From Naegleria gruberi (lineage: Eukaryota): a DNA stretch of 64,000 bases. The notes under the pieces are model-generated. The model was given only the letters and a program-made list of their open reading frames with translations, was not told the DNA's origin and did no database searches. A program made the translations under genes and the position numbers. The stretch lies in the NCBI GenBank assembly GCA_000004985.1, contig GG738862.1; one strand, written 5' to 3'. Positions 41,244 through 53,500 of this stretch are shown piece after piece. Every line of letters begins with the position of its first letter. Position 1 is the stretch's first letter.

Positions 41244-44200
41244 TTATTGTCCCAAGAATTGATCTTTCAAAGCTCTATAGTTGGAATATGACTTTCTCTT
41301 GTCAGCAGCTGCCTTTTCAATCTTTTCATCAAGCTCATTTTCATTTGGATCATCAGCCTTCATTTCTTCCAACATGAGTAAATCAGTAGTCTTCAAGTTA
41401 TACTTGTAGAGGGAGTAAGCTAAATGGCTAGTGTTTGGATTAGCTTGTTTATGAACTGTGACAGCTCTACTTTGCATCTTCTTAATAACATTCAACATGG
41501 CAATAGCTCTCTTTGGAGTATACTTGCTGGTCATCTTGAACAACATAAAGTAAACTCTAAGACTAGCAGCAACATTGTTACAAATTTGAGCAAATGAGGT
41601 ACATTTTGGAGTGTATCTTCCTCTAATTTGGAATGCAGCATGCTTGTATTGAATGATATCTCTTAAAGACATGAGCTTTTCATTGATTTCTTGTTCAGTG
41701 GCAATATTAGGAGTTGAAGCAAAGTGTTCCAAGTTGTGAATATTACTCAAAAGAATTGATTTCAAATTCAAAACGGATGCTTCAAGAGCCTTGATATGTC
41801 TGACATCTCCTTTGGTCATTGTTGGTTCTTCCTTCAAACATCTTTGAATGAAGAAATAACATTGGTTACACTTTTCCAATGATTGATAGCTCAAACGAGT
41901 CTTGTCAATATTCAATTTGAGGTATTCAGATTCAGCCAATCTATACAAGCTGAATACTTTAGTCTTGATACTGAATTGAGAATTGGTTGCAAGTTGGCAA
42001 CAATATTTGATCATCTTTTCAGTGTTGTTACAACCATCAGCTTTGAAAATTGGTTCATATCTGGAATATAAATATGTCAACTTGAGGAGAATATTCAAAT
42101 CCAACTCTGTAATATGCTCAGGTAAAATATTGTTCAACATATTTCTATTTGTACAAGCTCCTGGTGTAATTAGGGATGCTGAAATGTCACCATCAAGAGA
42201 AGAGGGTTGAATATCAGGCAACATGTAATCCTTGTTGAGGGTCTTGGCTGCCAAATACCTAGTCAAATTCAAAATTTCAAGAGAAGTGCCAGAGAAATAC
42301 TTTTGTTGGAAGTACTTTTCAAATAATCTCAAGGCATGCAAATTGTTAGAATCTTTACAAAGATTGTTTTCAGCCTCTTTAACAATTTCATTCAAAACTG
42401 AATCGCCAATTGGTCTGAAAACATTTTCACTTCTAGTTTTCAAGATATCATCCATGAGACCGTATCCATCTTCACCTGGGTCCATTTCAGGATCAGCATT
42501 TTCAGCATGTTTTCTGTTCAACAAAGCCATTTGCAAATCTACCAATGGCCACATTCTTTCACCAAAACATTCCTTAAGTTCTGAATCCTTTTCAGTCTTC
42601 TTCTTTCTTCTAGAACCTTGAACCAATACTGGTACATTCCATCTCAAAAGAGTTTCCATTTCTACATCACCAGTAACTGTTGGAACCTGTTGTTGAAGGA
42701 AGAGCAATAAATTGATAGTAATACCCTTGATTGGTTTTACCATCTTGACTTCAATATCAAAAGAAAGTCTGGAATTGATATTTGTACCAACAATTTGTTC
42801 ATTCCAACGAGTATCATTACCTAATTGTTCAATTTTGAAATTGAGAGCTTTTTGATTTTTCAAAACTGTCTTGAATTTAAAGTATTCATCAATTTCTTTC
42901 AATTCTTTACCATCAACTGTAATTTGAGCAGTCAAATAGAGTTGATAGGCATCCAATGTTTGTTTGGATTCATTACCATTGCTTGTACTTCTTTTACCAT
43001 ATCTTAACAAGAGGGATTGATCCAAATAAATGTCATATTGATATCCTGTAAGAGAAGCAAGAACTATTGGGTCAACTTCTAGCAAACTTAGCAATTCGAA
43101 TGTCATCTTCTTCTTTGGTGTGAATTTGATGCATTCAATAATTGGATCACCATTTAATAAAACGATGGTAATAGAGTTATTTACATATTTGAGTTTGTTC
43201 AACAATGAGTAAGAATTGGAGTTACCAGGTACGTTATGTGTCATGGAAGCAGCCAAATCCAATCCCTTGTTAGGATCAGTTGGGAAGAAAGATGCCATCA
43301 TAGTATTCATAATATTATTAGTAGCATCTGTACTTGTGGAATCAACAGATACATCTCCAACATCAAGAAATTCGAAATTTGGATTTTGAATGTGTTGTTG
43401 CAAAGTATCAAATTGTTTGATTTTCTTAGATTGATCATTATCTGTAATATTCTCATCTACATCATCAAATTTTCTCTTTGGTCCTCTTCTTTCATGTTGA
43501 AGAACATGTGACGGTGGAGGAGCTTGTTGAACATTTCTTGATGGTTGTTGTTGAACAGCAGTAACAACTGGAGGAATCATCTCCTGTTGTTGCTGTGGAA
43601 CGATTGAAGAGGCAGCTGCAAGAATACCTGGTGATGTCTCAAATGCAGCATTATAGTCATAAGAGTTTCTGTAAAACATGGAATCTTGATCTGGGATTCT
43701 TAGCCATGATGTTAATGGAGTGGCAGGTAAAACTTCTTGTCCAGCAGGAATAACAAACTGTTGTGCATTGAATTGATTGTTAAGTGCAGTGTTAAATAAC
43801 TGTTCTTGATTACTGTTTACATTGTTTGCTGGAGGAGTATTTCCATACTCAAAACATCCATCAGCAAACAATTCATCAAAATCATCAAACAATGTAACCT
43901 GTTTACGACCTGTTTGTTGTTGATACATTGGATTTGTTTGCATGTGGTGTTGTGGATAGTTAAAATTTGGGTCAGAAATATAGAAATTGGCTGGAGTTTG
44001 ATTGTTGGATGTAAAAACATGTTGTTGTGGTGGTGGATTTTGGAATGTTTGAAGGGAAGGTAAAATGTTCTGTTGAGGAATTACAAAATTTGGTTGTTGT
44101 GCAAATGCAGTGCTAGTTGTGCTCGAGTGATGTTGTTGATTATTGGACAATTGGTGATGATAACCATGGTTGTGATGATGTGTTAGTGGTGGTAGATTGT

Positions 44201-44693
44201 TTTGATGTAAAGATCCACCATTCATGTTGTTGCTATGGAGTGGAGATGTGGAAACACCATTACTACTACTACTAGCATGTTGTTGATGAGATGCAACAAT
44301 TGATGGCGGAATATTACTTGTTGTTGTTGCATATCCATTGCCATTACTGTTCATCTGTTGTTGAAGTAATCGACTTTGAATGGATGCTTGCAAGAGGGCA
44401 ATTTGTTCCTTTTGTTGTTCAATCAAATCTCGTTGTTGTTGGAGGAGGAGAAAAGCCTGTTCATCACTCACATTTGGATTAGAGCTTCCAACCAATTGTT
44501 GTGTTTGACCCAATAAATTACCATACGACATGGAAGGAATAGAAGCAGCAGCACCACCATTTGCTGTATGATTCGGAAGCATATCTTGTAAAATCATGGA
44601 AGGTAATGGTTGGGAATGGCCATTGGTTCCTGGCGAGGAAAGTCTATTGTTGGTTGGTGAATGTTGATGATGTGAATGTTGCTGATTCATCAT
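41244..44693 (-). CDS. large Q/N/H/S-rich hypothetical protein (1149 aa)
   Basis: ATGATG at 44688-44693. N-terminal ~480 aa is low-complexity poly-Q/H/N. The C-terminal ~650 aa is a structured, helix-rich domain with no assignable family from sequence alone. TAA stop at 41244. Single exon. Confidence 0.55.
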   Translation of the reverse strand: MMNQQHSHHQHSPTNNRLSSPGTNGHSQPLPSMILQDMLPNHTANGGAAASIPSMSYGNLLGQTQQLVGSSNPNVSDEQAFLLLQQQRDLIEQQKEQIALLQASIQSRLLQQQMNSNGNGYATTTSNIPPSIVASHQQHASSSSNGVSTSPLHSNNMNGGSLHQNNLPPLTHHHNHGYHHQLSNNQQHHSSTTSTAFAQQPNFVIPQQNILPSLQTFQNPPPQQHVFTSNNQTPANFYISDPNFNYPQHHMQTNPMYQQQTGRKQVTLFDDFDELFADGCFEYGNTPPANNVNSNQEQLFNTALNNQFNAQQFVIPAGQEVLPATPLTSWLRIPDQDSMFYRNSYDYNAAFETSPGILAAASSIVPQQQQEMIPPVVTAVQQQPSRNVQQAPPPSHVLQHERRGPKRKFDDVDENITDNDQSKKIKQFDTLQQHIQNPNFEFLDVGDVSVDSTSTDATNNIMNTMMASFFPTDPNKGLDLAASMTHNVPGNSNSYSLLNKLKYVNNSITIVLLNGDPIIECIKFTPKKKMTFELLSLLEVDPIVLASLTGYQYDIYLDQSLLLRYGKRSTSNGNESKQTLDAYQLYLTAQITVDGKELKEIDEYFKFKTVLKNQKALNFKIEQLGNDTRWNEQIVGTNINSRLSFDIEVKMVKPIKGITINLLLFLQQQVPTVTGDVEMETLLRWNVPVLVQGSRRKKKTEKDSELKECFGERMWPLVDLQMALLNRKHAENADPEMDPGEDGYGLMDDILKTRSENVFRPIGDSVLNEIVKEAENNLCKDSNNLHALRLFEKYFQQKYFSGTSLEILNLTRYLAAKTLNKDYMLPDIQPSSLDGDISASLITPGACTNRNMLNNILPEHITELDLNILLKLTYLYSRYEPIFKADGCNNTEKMIKYCCQLATNSQFSIKTKVFSLYRLAESEYLKLNIDKTRLSYQSLEKCNQCYFFIQRCLKEEPTMTKGDVRHIKALEASVLNLKSILLSNIHNLEHFASTPNIATEQEINEKLMSLRDIIQYKHAAFQIRGRYTPKCTSFAQICNNVAASLRVYFMLFKMTSKYTPKRAIAMLNVIKKMQSRAVTVHKQANPNTSHLAYSLYKYNLKTTDLLMLEEMKADDPNENELDEKIEKAAADKRKSYSNYRALKDQFLGQ

Positions 44694-45468
44694 GTGACGT
44701 GAAAATGTCTATTCTTGTTAATAATAATGATAATAAATAGGGTTGGATAACGATATTACACCTAGTGGTCTCACAGTACAATATTCAAGTGTGGTGGTGT
44801 GAGACTATATAGAGAGAGAAGTAACAACTGTTTTGTCTGTTTCTGTTGTTCTTCTTATTAATCTTCTTCTTATCGACTTTTTACTATCAAATTCTTCTTC
44901 AGTGTTTACCCTAAACAATGAGAGTTTTTTTTTAAATTGTTTTTTGGGAGTTTTTTCTAGAAGGCAACAACGTCGGAATAAATAATCCCTCTAGGAGATG
45001 ATGATGGACGTTGTGTTTAAAGAGCACTCAGATGGAGAGGGCAAATGTGTGGTTAGTAATGATGATAGTGTGCCTGGAAGATAACAAGTGCGTTCAATTT
45101 TTTTAACTAAGAGGACGAAAATTGTGTCCACCACCTCTTTCAATGCAGGTTTCTGCTGTAGAGTATAGGTAGCCAAAAATAGGTCAGCTTGGCTTCTAGA
45201 GAGAAAGGGATTTTGTTTGGTGCAACACAATAAAAGAAATTTTTGGATTTGGATTGAGGGTATTTTAATTTAACAGAATAAAGAACTTGTTCAGCAAGAC
45301 GTAACATTGTGAATAGTTAGGTAATAGTGATGTTACTTCAGGTGTTTTGTGTACTTGGCGAAAGGTCATCTTCCAATAAACAGTGCCCTCTTGTGATCTC
45401 TTTGAAATGGAAGGAGCACACAAGCTTTGTGGAATACTAATTTATTAAGATTGATTCACTTTGTGAAA

Positions 45469-46939
45469 TTATCTAGCAGAAGGTGGAGTCACTAATGGTG
45501 TTAATGGTGTTCTCAATTTTGCAGGAGGAATTGGTTGACCATTTTTAACACAAGAATAATCCTCCATTAATTGATCTACCTCGTCCATGGCTTCATGGAA
45601 TTCACCTTCTTCCATTCCTTCACCAACAAACCAAAATACAAATGATCTCTTATCTTTTGAAGGTTAGATTTCATGTTTCAATAAAAACTTACAAAATAAT
45701 TCCAAGAATCTGGTACGTAATTTTGTGAGTGGATCAACAATCGATGATGAATTGTTATAAACTTGAATATAATCTGAGAATGAAAGTGAGCTATCTGATA
45801 AATTTTCTGATTTCTTTGAGAATATTTGGTGATGGAAATTATCTGTTGGTGTTTTCAATTCATCTGACTGCTCCAAAAATTTAAAGGCAAGGTCAGGGGA
45901 AAAGTTTCCTCTCAATGCAATATCCATCAATATTGATTTTGAACCAAAGTGATCAGTTGCACTCATTTTACAATCATTAGTAAAGAGATCCGTAAAATTA
46001 ATTTCAGAACTGACGTTATCGACCTTTTTGAAAGTACTAGCAATAATATTCAAATTCTTGTAAGGGCTCAAAATAGGACAGGTTGAATTATGGAATCGAG
46101 TTGGTAAGGTAAATGTTGAAATAGTTTGTGAAATAACGTCATTTACATCTCTATAATTTGGTGATGGATTCCCATAACTCCTGCAAACATTGTACAATGA
46201 CTCATTGTCCAAATTGAAAATATTAGTCATGTTATTTCTTTTCAGGTCAGCTAAAGTCAATGCTGTATTGTATGGTTCAACAACTTCTGTCTGGAAATTT
46301 TCAGAAGGAAACACACTGAACGAAGTTTTGTTCTATAGATGAATCAATTAGTTAAATATTGAAAGAAATTTCACTTACTAATTCTGGATAATCATCTTCC
46401 AATATTTCAACAATGAAGGAGCTAGTTCCTGAACCAGTTCCACCTTCCATCGAGTGAGTCATTACAAAACCATCTGGAGAATCACACGCCTCTATCATCT
46501 TTCTCACTCTCTCCTTAATATAGCCTTTGAACGCTCCTCCAATTGTAAATTTACCTCTAGCAAAGTTACTTGCTGAATCTTCCTTTCCCTTGATCAAATT
46601 CTCTTCCTTTAATAAACCCGAAAGGCTTGGATCTTTCTTCACTTGCTCAACAGTGCACTCATCAGTGTCGATGAACAAGCAACGAGCATGTAATTTATTC
46701 TCCTCCCTCATACTTTCATCATATAATGAGGTTAAATTTAAAGAGCATAATGATGACGGTGGTGTTGTATTATTATTCAATAATTGATTGGTGTTGTCTT
46801 GTTGATAATAGCCTTCACCATTAACGTGGTGTTCCTTTCCGAAGAGTTTCCATAATCGAGATCCGATTTGATTACCACACTGCCCAACATGAAAAAAGAT
46901 CAGTTCAGACATTTTTTTGTTGTTTATTGAGTGAGACAT
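45469..46939 (-). CDS. divergent tubulin-family protein, 3 exons (~461 aa)
   Basis: Exon 1 ~46379-46939 ([21 protein letters not shown]..., [13 protein letters not shown], the tubulin GGGTGSG loop). Introns: 46 nt (GTAAGTGAAA...CTATAG) and 39 nt (GTAAGTTTTT...AAAAG). Exon 2 ~45693-46332 (...[26 protein letters not shown]...DNESLYNVC...). Exon 3 ~45469-45653 ([33 protein letters not shown]). Q/N-rich insertion in the N-terminal domain. The track shows two ORFs plus untranslated exon 3. Confidence 0.8.
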
Positions 46940-46986
46940 CCTAGATAGTTGAATGTTTCACATGTGGTATGATTTATGGTGATGAT

Positions 46987-49157
46987 TTAAAAGTTGTTTC
47001 TGTTTCGAGAGGGTAAACCATAAGGCATTGAATTTTGTCTGGAGAGTGAGCTATTGCTGCCTGTGTTTGAATTGGCAAGGTTATCTTTGCTGCTTGTTGT
47101 TGCTGGCTGAGCGAGGACGAAACTCTTAATGACGGCTATGGATTCTAATTTACGTATTGACATTCTCTTTTCTCGCTCCTCTTGACGTTTTTGTTTGAGA
47201 GCTAAACTTCTTTGAGTATCTCGTGGGGAAAGGAGTCCAGATAATTGGTCATCAGCCGAAAGTAAATTATCTGTAATTGAAGTATCTGCATTACCATCAA
47301 AGGAAACAAACGAACGAGAAGGTCTTGGCTTTGATTCATTGATACTTTCAGAATTGAGTGGAGAATCTACAAGTGGAGAGACAGGGGAATTAAGGAATGG
47401 TTCAATATCTAGTTTTTTAAGTGATGGTTGACTAGGTGATTTTTTGGGAGTTTCTACAAGTTTTCTATACTTTTTCCATTTGCTTTCATCCTTGGCATAA
47501 ATTTCCTCTTTCAAATAATAAATTGTAGCATTGAGAGTTGTAACACTGAAGCCATACTCTGAAACTCCATGTTCTTCTTCCAATTGATAATCTTGCATGT
47601 AATTGAAATTGGTAATCATGTTGGGAATTTGTGCTCTTACTAATACATAAGCAAGGAGAGGGATCATATCATCGGTGGTAACAAATTCAGTCTTGCTATT
47701 CGCTTGGTTAAATCTCGAAATACTATTCACAATCTTGTCTGTTGTATTTTTTATACATTTCATCTTGTCGAATGGATTTCTTGCTAAATTAATGTTTTCA
47801 GAAAGGAATGTAATAGCTTCCAATTGATCACATCTGAAACTATTTCCAATACTCAAAACATCAAATAAATCGTATGCAGCTGTTTCTTCGTCTTCCAAAA
47901 CTGAGCAAGCAGCATTAATTGACATGCAAACATGCAAGAAATTCTTGTCCTCTGAATAATAGGCATACTTTTCTAAAAATGGGAATAACTTGTCATAAAT
48001 TCCTTCCAATAAAACGCCATGTATAGCATTCTTAACATCCTTATCTTCCTCAGTTGACAAGCTCACATTTTGAAACTCTCCATAAATTACTTGGTAATAT
48101 TCCATAATCTTGTCAGGTATTGAACTGTGAAATCCTCGTAATAATAAATAATTAAAATTAAAATGTTGAATTGATCGTTTGAGTTTGTCGTTATAGGCCT
48201 TATAGTTGACATCTTGAAGAAATTGATGATATTCCTCAACAGTTGTTGGTCGTTTTTCTGTCCATTTGGCTGCTTCACTACCACTTTCAGAGTAATCATT
48301 ATACTCATTGAGTGCTCCTATTGATATTTGTTGATGTTCCTATAACATTAAATTTTAATATATAACATTTAAAACTAGATCAACTTACATCTGCTATACA
48401 CTTGTCAACAAACAAGACCTTATAGGGTTGATATTTGTCATTATAACAAGTTTCCTCTTTCAAGACAAAAACATTAAAGCTCTTACTAAATCCCTTTCCT
48501 GTTTGCAATACATTTACAAAATCAAAAGAATTTTCTTCTGTTGAATTAAAACCAACTCCGAGAGAGGCAAGAGATACATTCTTCTTTTTCTGTCTGGATA
48601 AATTTTCATAAAGTTCCGAATTTTCACAAATTTGATTTCCTCTATCGGTAACATATTCTCCAATGAACAATGGTGAATTGGAAAGAATGTGGTCCTCTAT
48701 CATGTGGTTACACATAAGAAATACAGCAGTTAGGAATTTAATATATCAAAAGAAACCTACTCATAAAGGCTTGAAATTTAGCTCCAGAATATTTCAAAGT
48801 ATTAATTACATAATTCAATTCATCATCAGGAGGAATACAAATAGTCTTTTGTGCATCTCTACAAGATTGAAGATATTGTTTACTTTCCGATAATATGTCC
48901 CAGAATAATGATGAATCAAGATTTAAATTTCTCTTCCTCGCAACTCTTTTCCTCTTTGATTGCATAATAACAGGTGCTTCCTCTGATACTTTTGCTTTTG
49001 ACAAATCCTTTTTTTCAAATGTCAAATCCGAAGGAGATTTGTTAATATTATTATTTATATTATTCTTGGCAAATTCTCTTTGAAACCCAGAGGCAGGCAA
49101 TGATGAAGACATTATAGAATTCTGCGATCCGACTCCTCTACTTTGCCTATTCATCAT
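46987..49157 (-). CDS. VPS9-domain protein (Rab5-family GEF-like), 3 exons (~685 aa)
   Basis: Exon 1 ~48761-49157 (ATGATG start). 64-nt intron (GTAGGT...GATAG). Exon 2 ~48389-48696. 49-nt intron (GTAAGTTGAT...TTATAG). Exon 3 46987-48339. VPS9 core: DDMIPLLAYVLVRAQIPNMITNFNYMQDYQLEEEHGVSEYGFSVTTLNATIYYL. S/P-rich C-terminus. Track ORF 48087-48308 is out of frame. Confidence 0.75.
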
Positions 49158-49636
49158 GATGATTAATTAATAGACGTTGTTGATCAAAAAATAAAAATGA
49201 TGAAACTCTGTGGTAGCAATTCTTTTGGATTTTTTTTTGATTAATTTTTTCCAGATAATGCGGAGTTTTTAAGGAGTTTTAAACTATTGAATTTCAACAA
49301 GATTTCGAATTGATATTGGAAATAGTTTTCAAAATCTCTCTAATACATTGTAGTAATTCATTTCTTCACTATGAATCATTCAACATTGTGAAAAGTTTAG
49401 TTGGCAAGATTCTTGCCATATAATGTGGCATCCCTTATCAACCAATTAATTGAATTGTGCACCAATAATTGGTCCACTAAGATTTAGAGATGATTAAATA
49501 CCCTACCTAACCTCAGATATTGTTATGTTGGTGGTGGTGATATAATTGGTAGGTACCCTTGCTAGGTAGGGGAGTAATACTCATCCATTCAACAACACCA
49601 CTCATTTCCAGGTCCAACTCGAATTCAAAAAAGAAA

Positions 49637-50512
49637 ATGACGAATAGCATTGAAGGAAAATCACTGCCCAACAACTACCCACCAAATAATTTCACTTCAT
49701 ATCATTCCTATTCTACACAGGCAACAGAAAAGAGGAAGGGAGCATTTGTTGTGGTTGAAGAGGAAGAACATGCTCATGTTTGTTATTATAATGATGGCAA
49801 AAGAGTTTCGTATGGAAGTGTTGTGCAAGATGTGGTGTGGAATGAGGAGTATGTTATGAATAGTTGGAGGATTGAGAATGAGGAGAAGGAGAGTAAGGTG
49901 TTTCAGGGTTTGTTGTTGATTGTGTTGGTGGCAATTGTTGCTGTTGGGTTATTGGCCATCTTGTTTGGTGTATTGTCAGCTTCGAATATTGACGACAATG
50001 CTTTTTATTTACCTACTTCATGCACTGTTTTGGAAAGATATGGTTGCTCATGTGAAAATGAAGATTCGAATAGGTTTCTTTCCGTGATTAATACAGTTTC
50101 TAAACTATTTGATTCAACTAATTCCCATCTGAAACAGTATGAATCAGCAAATCCAGAGCCAAATCCTTATCCATGCCCTACAATCAGAAAGTGTGTCTTT
50201 AAAACTCTGATACATTCTAACAATTCCATGGACATTAGGACAACATGCGTGCTCTTTCCAGAATCGAATTATCCTATTGGATCGAATACGACTTGCTATT
50301 TGAGTGAGCAACATTCTAAACTGGTTTCCTTCACTTTTTACTCGAGTGTGAATGAGGCAATGAAGATGATTGCTATTTTGTTTGGTATTATTGCAAGCAG
50401 CTTGTTGGTTGTAACTATTTTCTTTTCTATTTGTGTTGCAGGTTTTAAACTTTGCCAGAGAAGGAAAATTGCCTTAATGAGAAGAAATTTAAATTCAGCC
50501 ATAGTTTTATAA
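49637..50512 (+). CDS. hypothetical membrane protein (291 aa, 2 predicted TM helices)
   Basis: The track start 49559 is TTG; the first ATG is at ~49637 (MTNSIEGKS). TM helices LLLIVLVAIVAVGLLAILFGVL and IAILFGIIASSLLVVTIFFSICVAGF. A Cys-containing extracellular region lies between them. Confidence 0.4.
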   Translation: MTNSIEGKSLPNNYPPNNFTSYHSYSTQATEKRKGAFVVVEEEEHAHVCYYNDGKRVSYGSVVQDVVWNEEYVMNSWRIENEEKESKVFQGLLLIVLVAIVAVGLLAILFGVLSASNIDDNAFYLPTSCTVLERYGCSCENEDSNRFLSVINTVSKLFDSTNSHLKQYESANPEPNPYPCPTIRKCVFKTLIHSNNSMDIRTTCVLFPESNYPIGSNTTCYLSEQHSKLVSFTFYSSVNEAMKMIAILFGIIASSLLVVTIFFSICVAGFKLCQRRKIALMRRNLNSAIVL

Positions 50513-50570
50513 ACATTGAATTCATAACAATACCAATGAAACTATTGTGAAATAAAGTATAATTTCTCTT

Positions 50571-53500
50571 TTATTTTGGAGAGTACATTCCCAACTTGGT
50601 GTCAAACATGAGTTTGGCTTTTTGTTGTTTACGGAAGAAGCTACTTCTAATTCTAATCTTGATTAATTCATCAATTACAATGAATGCAAATGGTGCCAGT
50701 AAAATGATAATGTAGGCATAGAATGGATAATTTGGCCATGCTTGTACTCCTTCAGGTCTAGAAATAATGAGGTGAATGAATGTGAAAAGAGCTTGCAAAG
50801 CCAAACACAATGGAACACAAATCCACCACATGATATTCATAAAGAATTTAACAGTGAATATTGAGTAAACTCTGTGCATTGTTCCAAGTGAAAGGAAGGA
50901 ATAATAGTAAATCAAAATAAACATGGTAATAGTTTGGGCATATGCCAAAACAAAGTAAAACTTTTCACTCTTTCTAATTTCATTGGATAATTGATCTCCC
51001 CAAATGAGCCCTACATTGTCAATCTTGACAGTTTCATCCATACACATTATAGTCCAAAAGTAAACAACAAAGCAAGCTGGAACTGGAAGGCAAAAACGTA
51101 AAAATGTTAAAAGTGCCTTTCCAACATATCTTCCAGTTCTAAATTCATTCTTTGATGAAATAAGGTCCATAATTTTTGGTTCCATTGGAGTGCCGAGTAG
51201 AGAGAAGGAGATCAATGGAATGGCAATCATGCAAAGCCACAAGAATTGAATACCAGTGAAAATAGTAGATGGAAGGGCCATGAGAACGGAAAGTAATTGC
51301 AAAATGAATAATGAAGATGAGCAACCAAAGAGGAAAATCAAAGCTTGTCTAATATTATGAACCAATCTTCTACCTTCCTTAATCATGTGCAAAATCATAG
51401 AGAATGCAGAAAGAGCAGTCTCGGATTGATGAGAGGTAATGTGTAAAGCACATGGATAGGACAAGAATGGAGAAATATCTTCCTGCAAATCTGAAACTTC
51501 TTCTTGATGATTATCGAATTCCATTGGTCTCAAATGTTGTTGAGTGCAAGGATCAACAGCAATGGAAATATTGGCTTGATTGAAGGCACGAGAATTGTTA
51601 ATGTTGATGGAAGAACCAACACAACAGACAACTTCATGATTTTCCTGCAAGACCTCAATCATTTGCTTGGATGAAACAGGCGTAGAGTCGGAGAATAGAG
51701 AAACCAACAATGGAACATCGTCAACAGTTTTCAAGTGTTCCTTGATATTTTCAATACCGTGTGGAAGTTTGGCTTTCAAATCTTCAACATCCAGTTCAAC
51801 TTCATTATCATTCAATGATATGCAACAATTCCAATCAACTTCCATTCCCAATTTTGAACCAAAAGCTTTGGTTTTTTGGGAATTATATGGTGAGAAGTGA
51901 ATAAATCTAATACCAGAGTTGTCTTGAACGTCACTAATAAATTCGGCAAGATCTCTCTTTGGCTGCTGTCTGAAAGCTGCAACTCCCAACAAAATTTGTC
52001 CTCTTTGCATTTGTTCTGCATGTAAGATGAATTTTTCACTGTCAAAATCTTCTTCAGAGAATTCTTCGAGTGGTGTCAATAAATGTTGAGATAGAGATGC
52101 AGGGCTAATAATTCCATTGAGTTCTGTCTTTGAATGATTAATTTCTTGACGAGTAATGTTGATAATATCATCCTTATTGCTATTCAAAACATTATCATAC
52201 TTAGGATCAATTGGGGTGTACGAAATAGCCAAACAATATAAATCTCTTCTTTCTCTCCAATTCTTGACTGTTTCCAAAATATTTTCCTTGAATTGCTTAC
52301 TCAGTGGTTTAATATCTGTTCCAGAGTAATAGTCAGAGCAATATTCCAATACTAAATCTGGATCACCAAAGGAGTGAACTTGTTTTTCTTGTTCCTCATA
52401 CTCAACTACAATAGAGCTCATTTCCCAATTATTACATTGGGTGTGGAGTCTCTTTTTAAAAGTAAATGATTCTAAAACACTGTCTGAGAAACCAATTTCC
52501 TTACCAAGAAGATAAGCATACTTTTTCCAAAGGTGAGACTTGGCATCCAACATTCCTTCAACTCTATCAAAATCTGGAAGAGGGGAAGAACCCGTAATAA
52601 GCAAACTCAAACCAAGTGGTTTAAGTGAATTAGTGTGAACCATCCAATTAGGATCAGTGAATCTGATGACATCCACCTCTCTTGATGCAGTTCTATCAAA
52701 GAGGACATCCAAAGTAATAGTTTCTTCAGCCTTCTCAATGATTTGCATGTTGGATACATCAAGAGGGTTAGCCGCATGACTTGACTCTGATGCTTGGTGT
52801 GTTTCAGTGTGATGTTCATGTCTTTCCTTATTGTGTGTATGAGATTGAGAATGTTGATGATGGTGATGATTGATTGTTTCATCTTCAGGTCTTTCGACAG
52901 TGATGGTAACTTCTGATGGAATGACTTCATCATTAACATTAATTCCACCTACCATTTCGTCAACTTCATCACCCATACCAGTCTTTACAACAACCTTAAT
53001 CTTTTCCATATCCTTGAGTTCCATTTCAGTAGCATCAGTCAAATCCTCAGGATAGTTATTGGTGCATGAGACAATCTGGCTTGGTGTACTGTTTCTTCTA
53101 TCTCTAGTGCTGGCATATTTACTATTTTGTTCTGTATATTGTTCTTCTGAAATATCGACAGCGCTTGTAAAGTTGTTGTGTCTTTCATCATCTCCCTTCA
53201 TGAATAAAACCTTCTCTGGAGCATACAGCAAGTCAGCCAATAAACCAGTTCTGTTAATAAAGCACAAGGCAGTGATTGTTCCCAACACTGTCAAGTTATC
53301 GTAATAGCTAGCATTGGCAGTAAGAATAACTTTGAAAAAGTTTCGTACTTGACTAAGGAATGGAACTTTCATTGGAGTATTACGATTTGATTCAGTGACT
53401 TGAACTCTTTTCATGTGATCATCCCCGCTCTCACCATGCAATGGCTCGTTGAGAGTTTCGAACAGAGAGAGGAGTTTAGAGTTGGAAAATGATAATGAAA

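Noticed and set aside
45664-45692. 3' end of track ORF 45664-46314 (...FLLKHEI*)
   Set aside because: This is intronic read-through. A GTAAGTTTTT donor at ~45692 and an AAAAG acceptor join exon 2 to a third exon encoding the conserved tubulin C-terminal helix.
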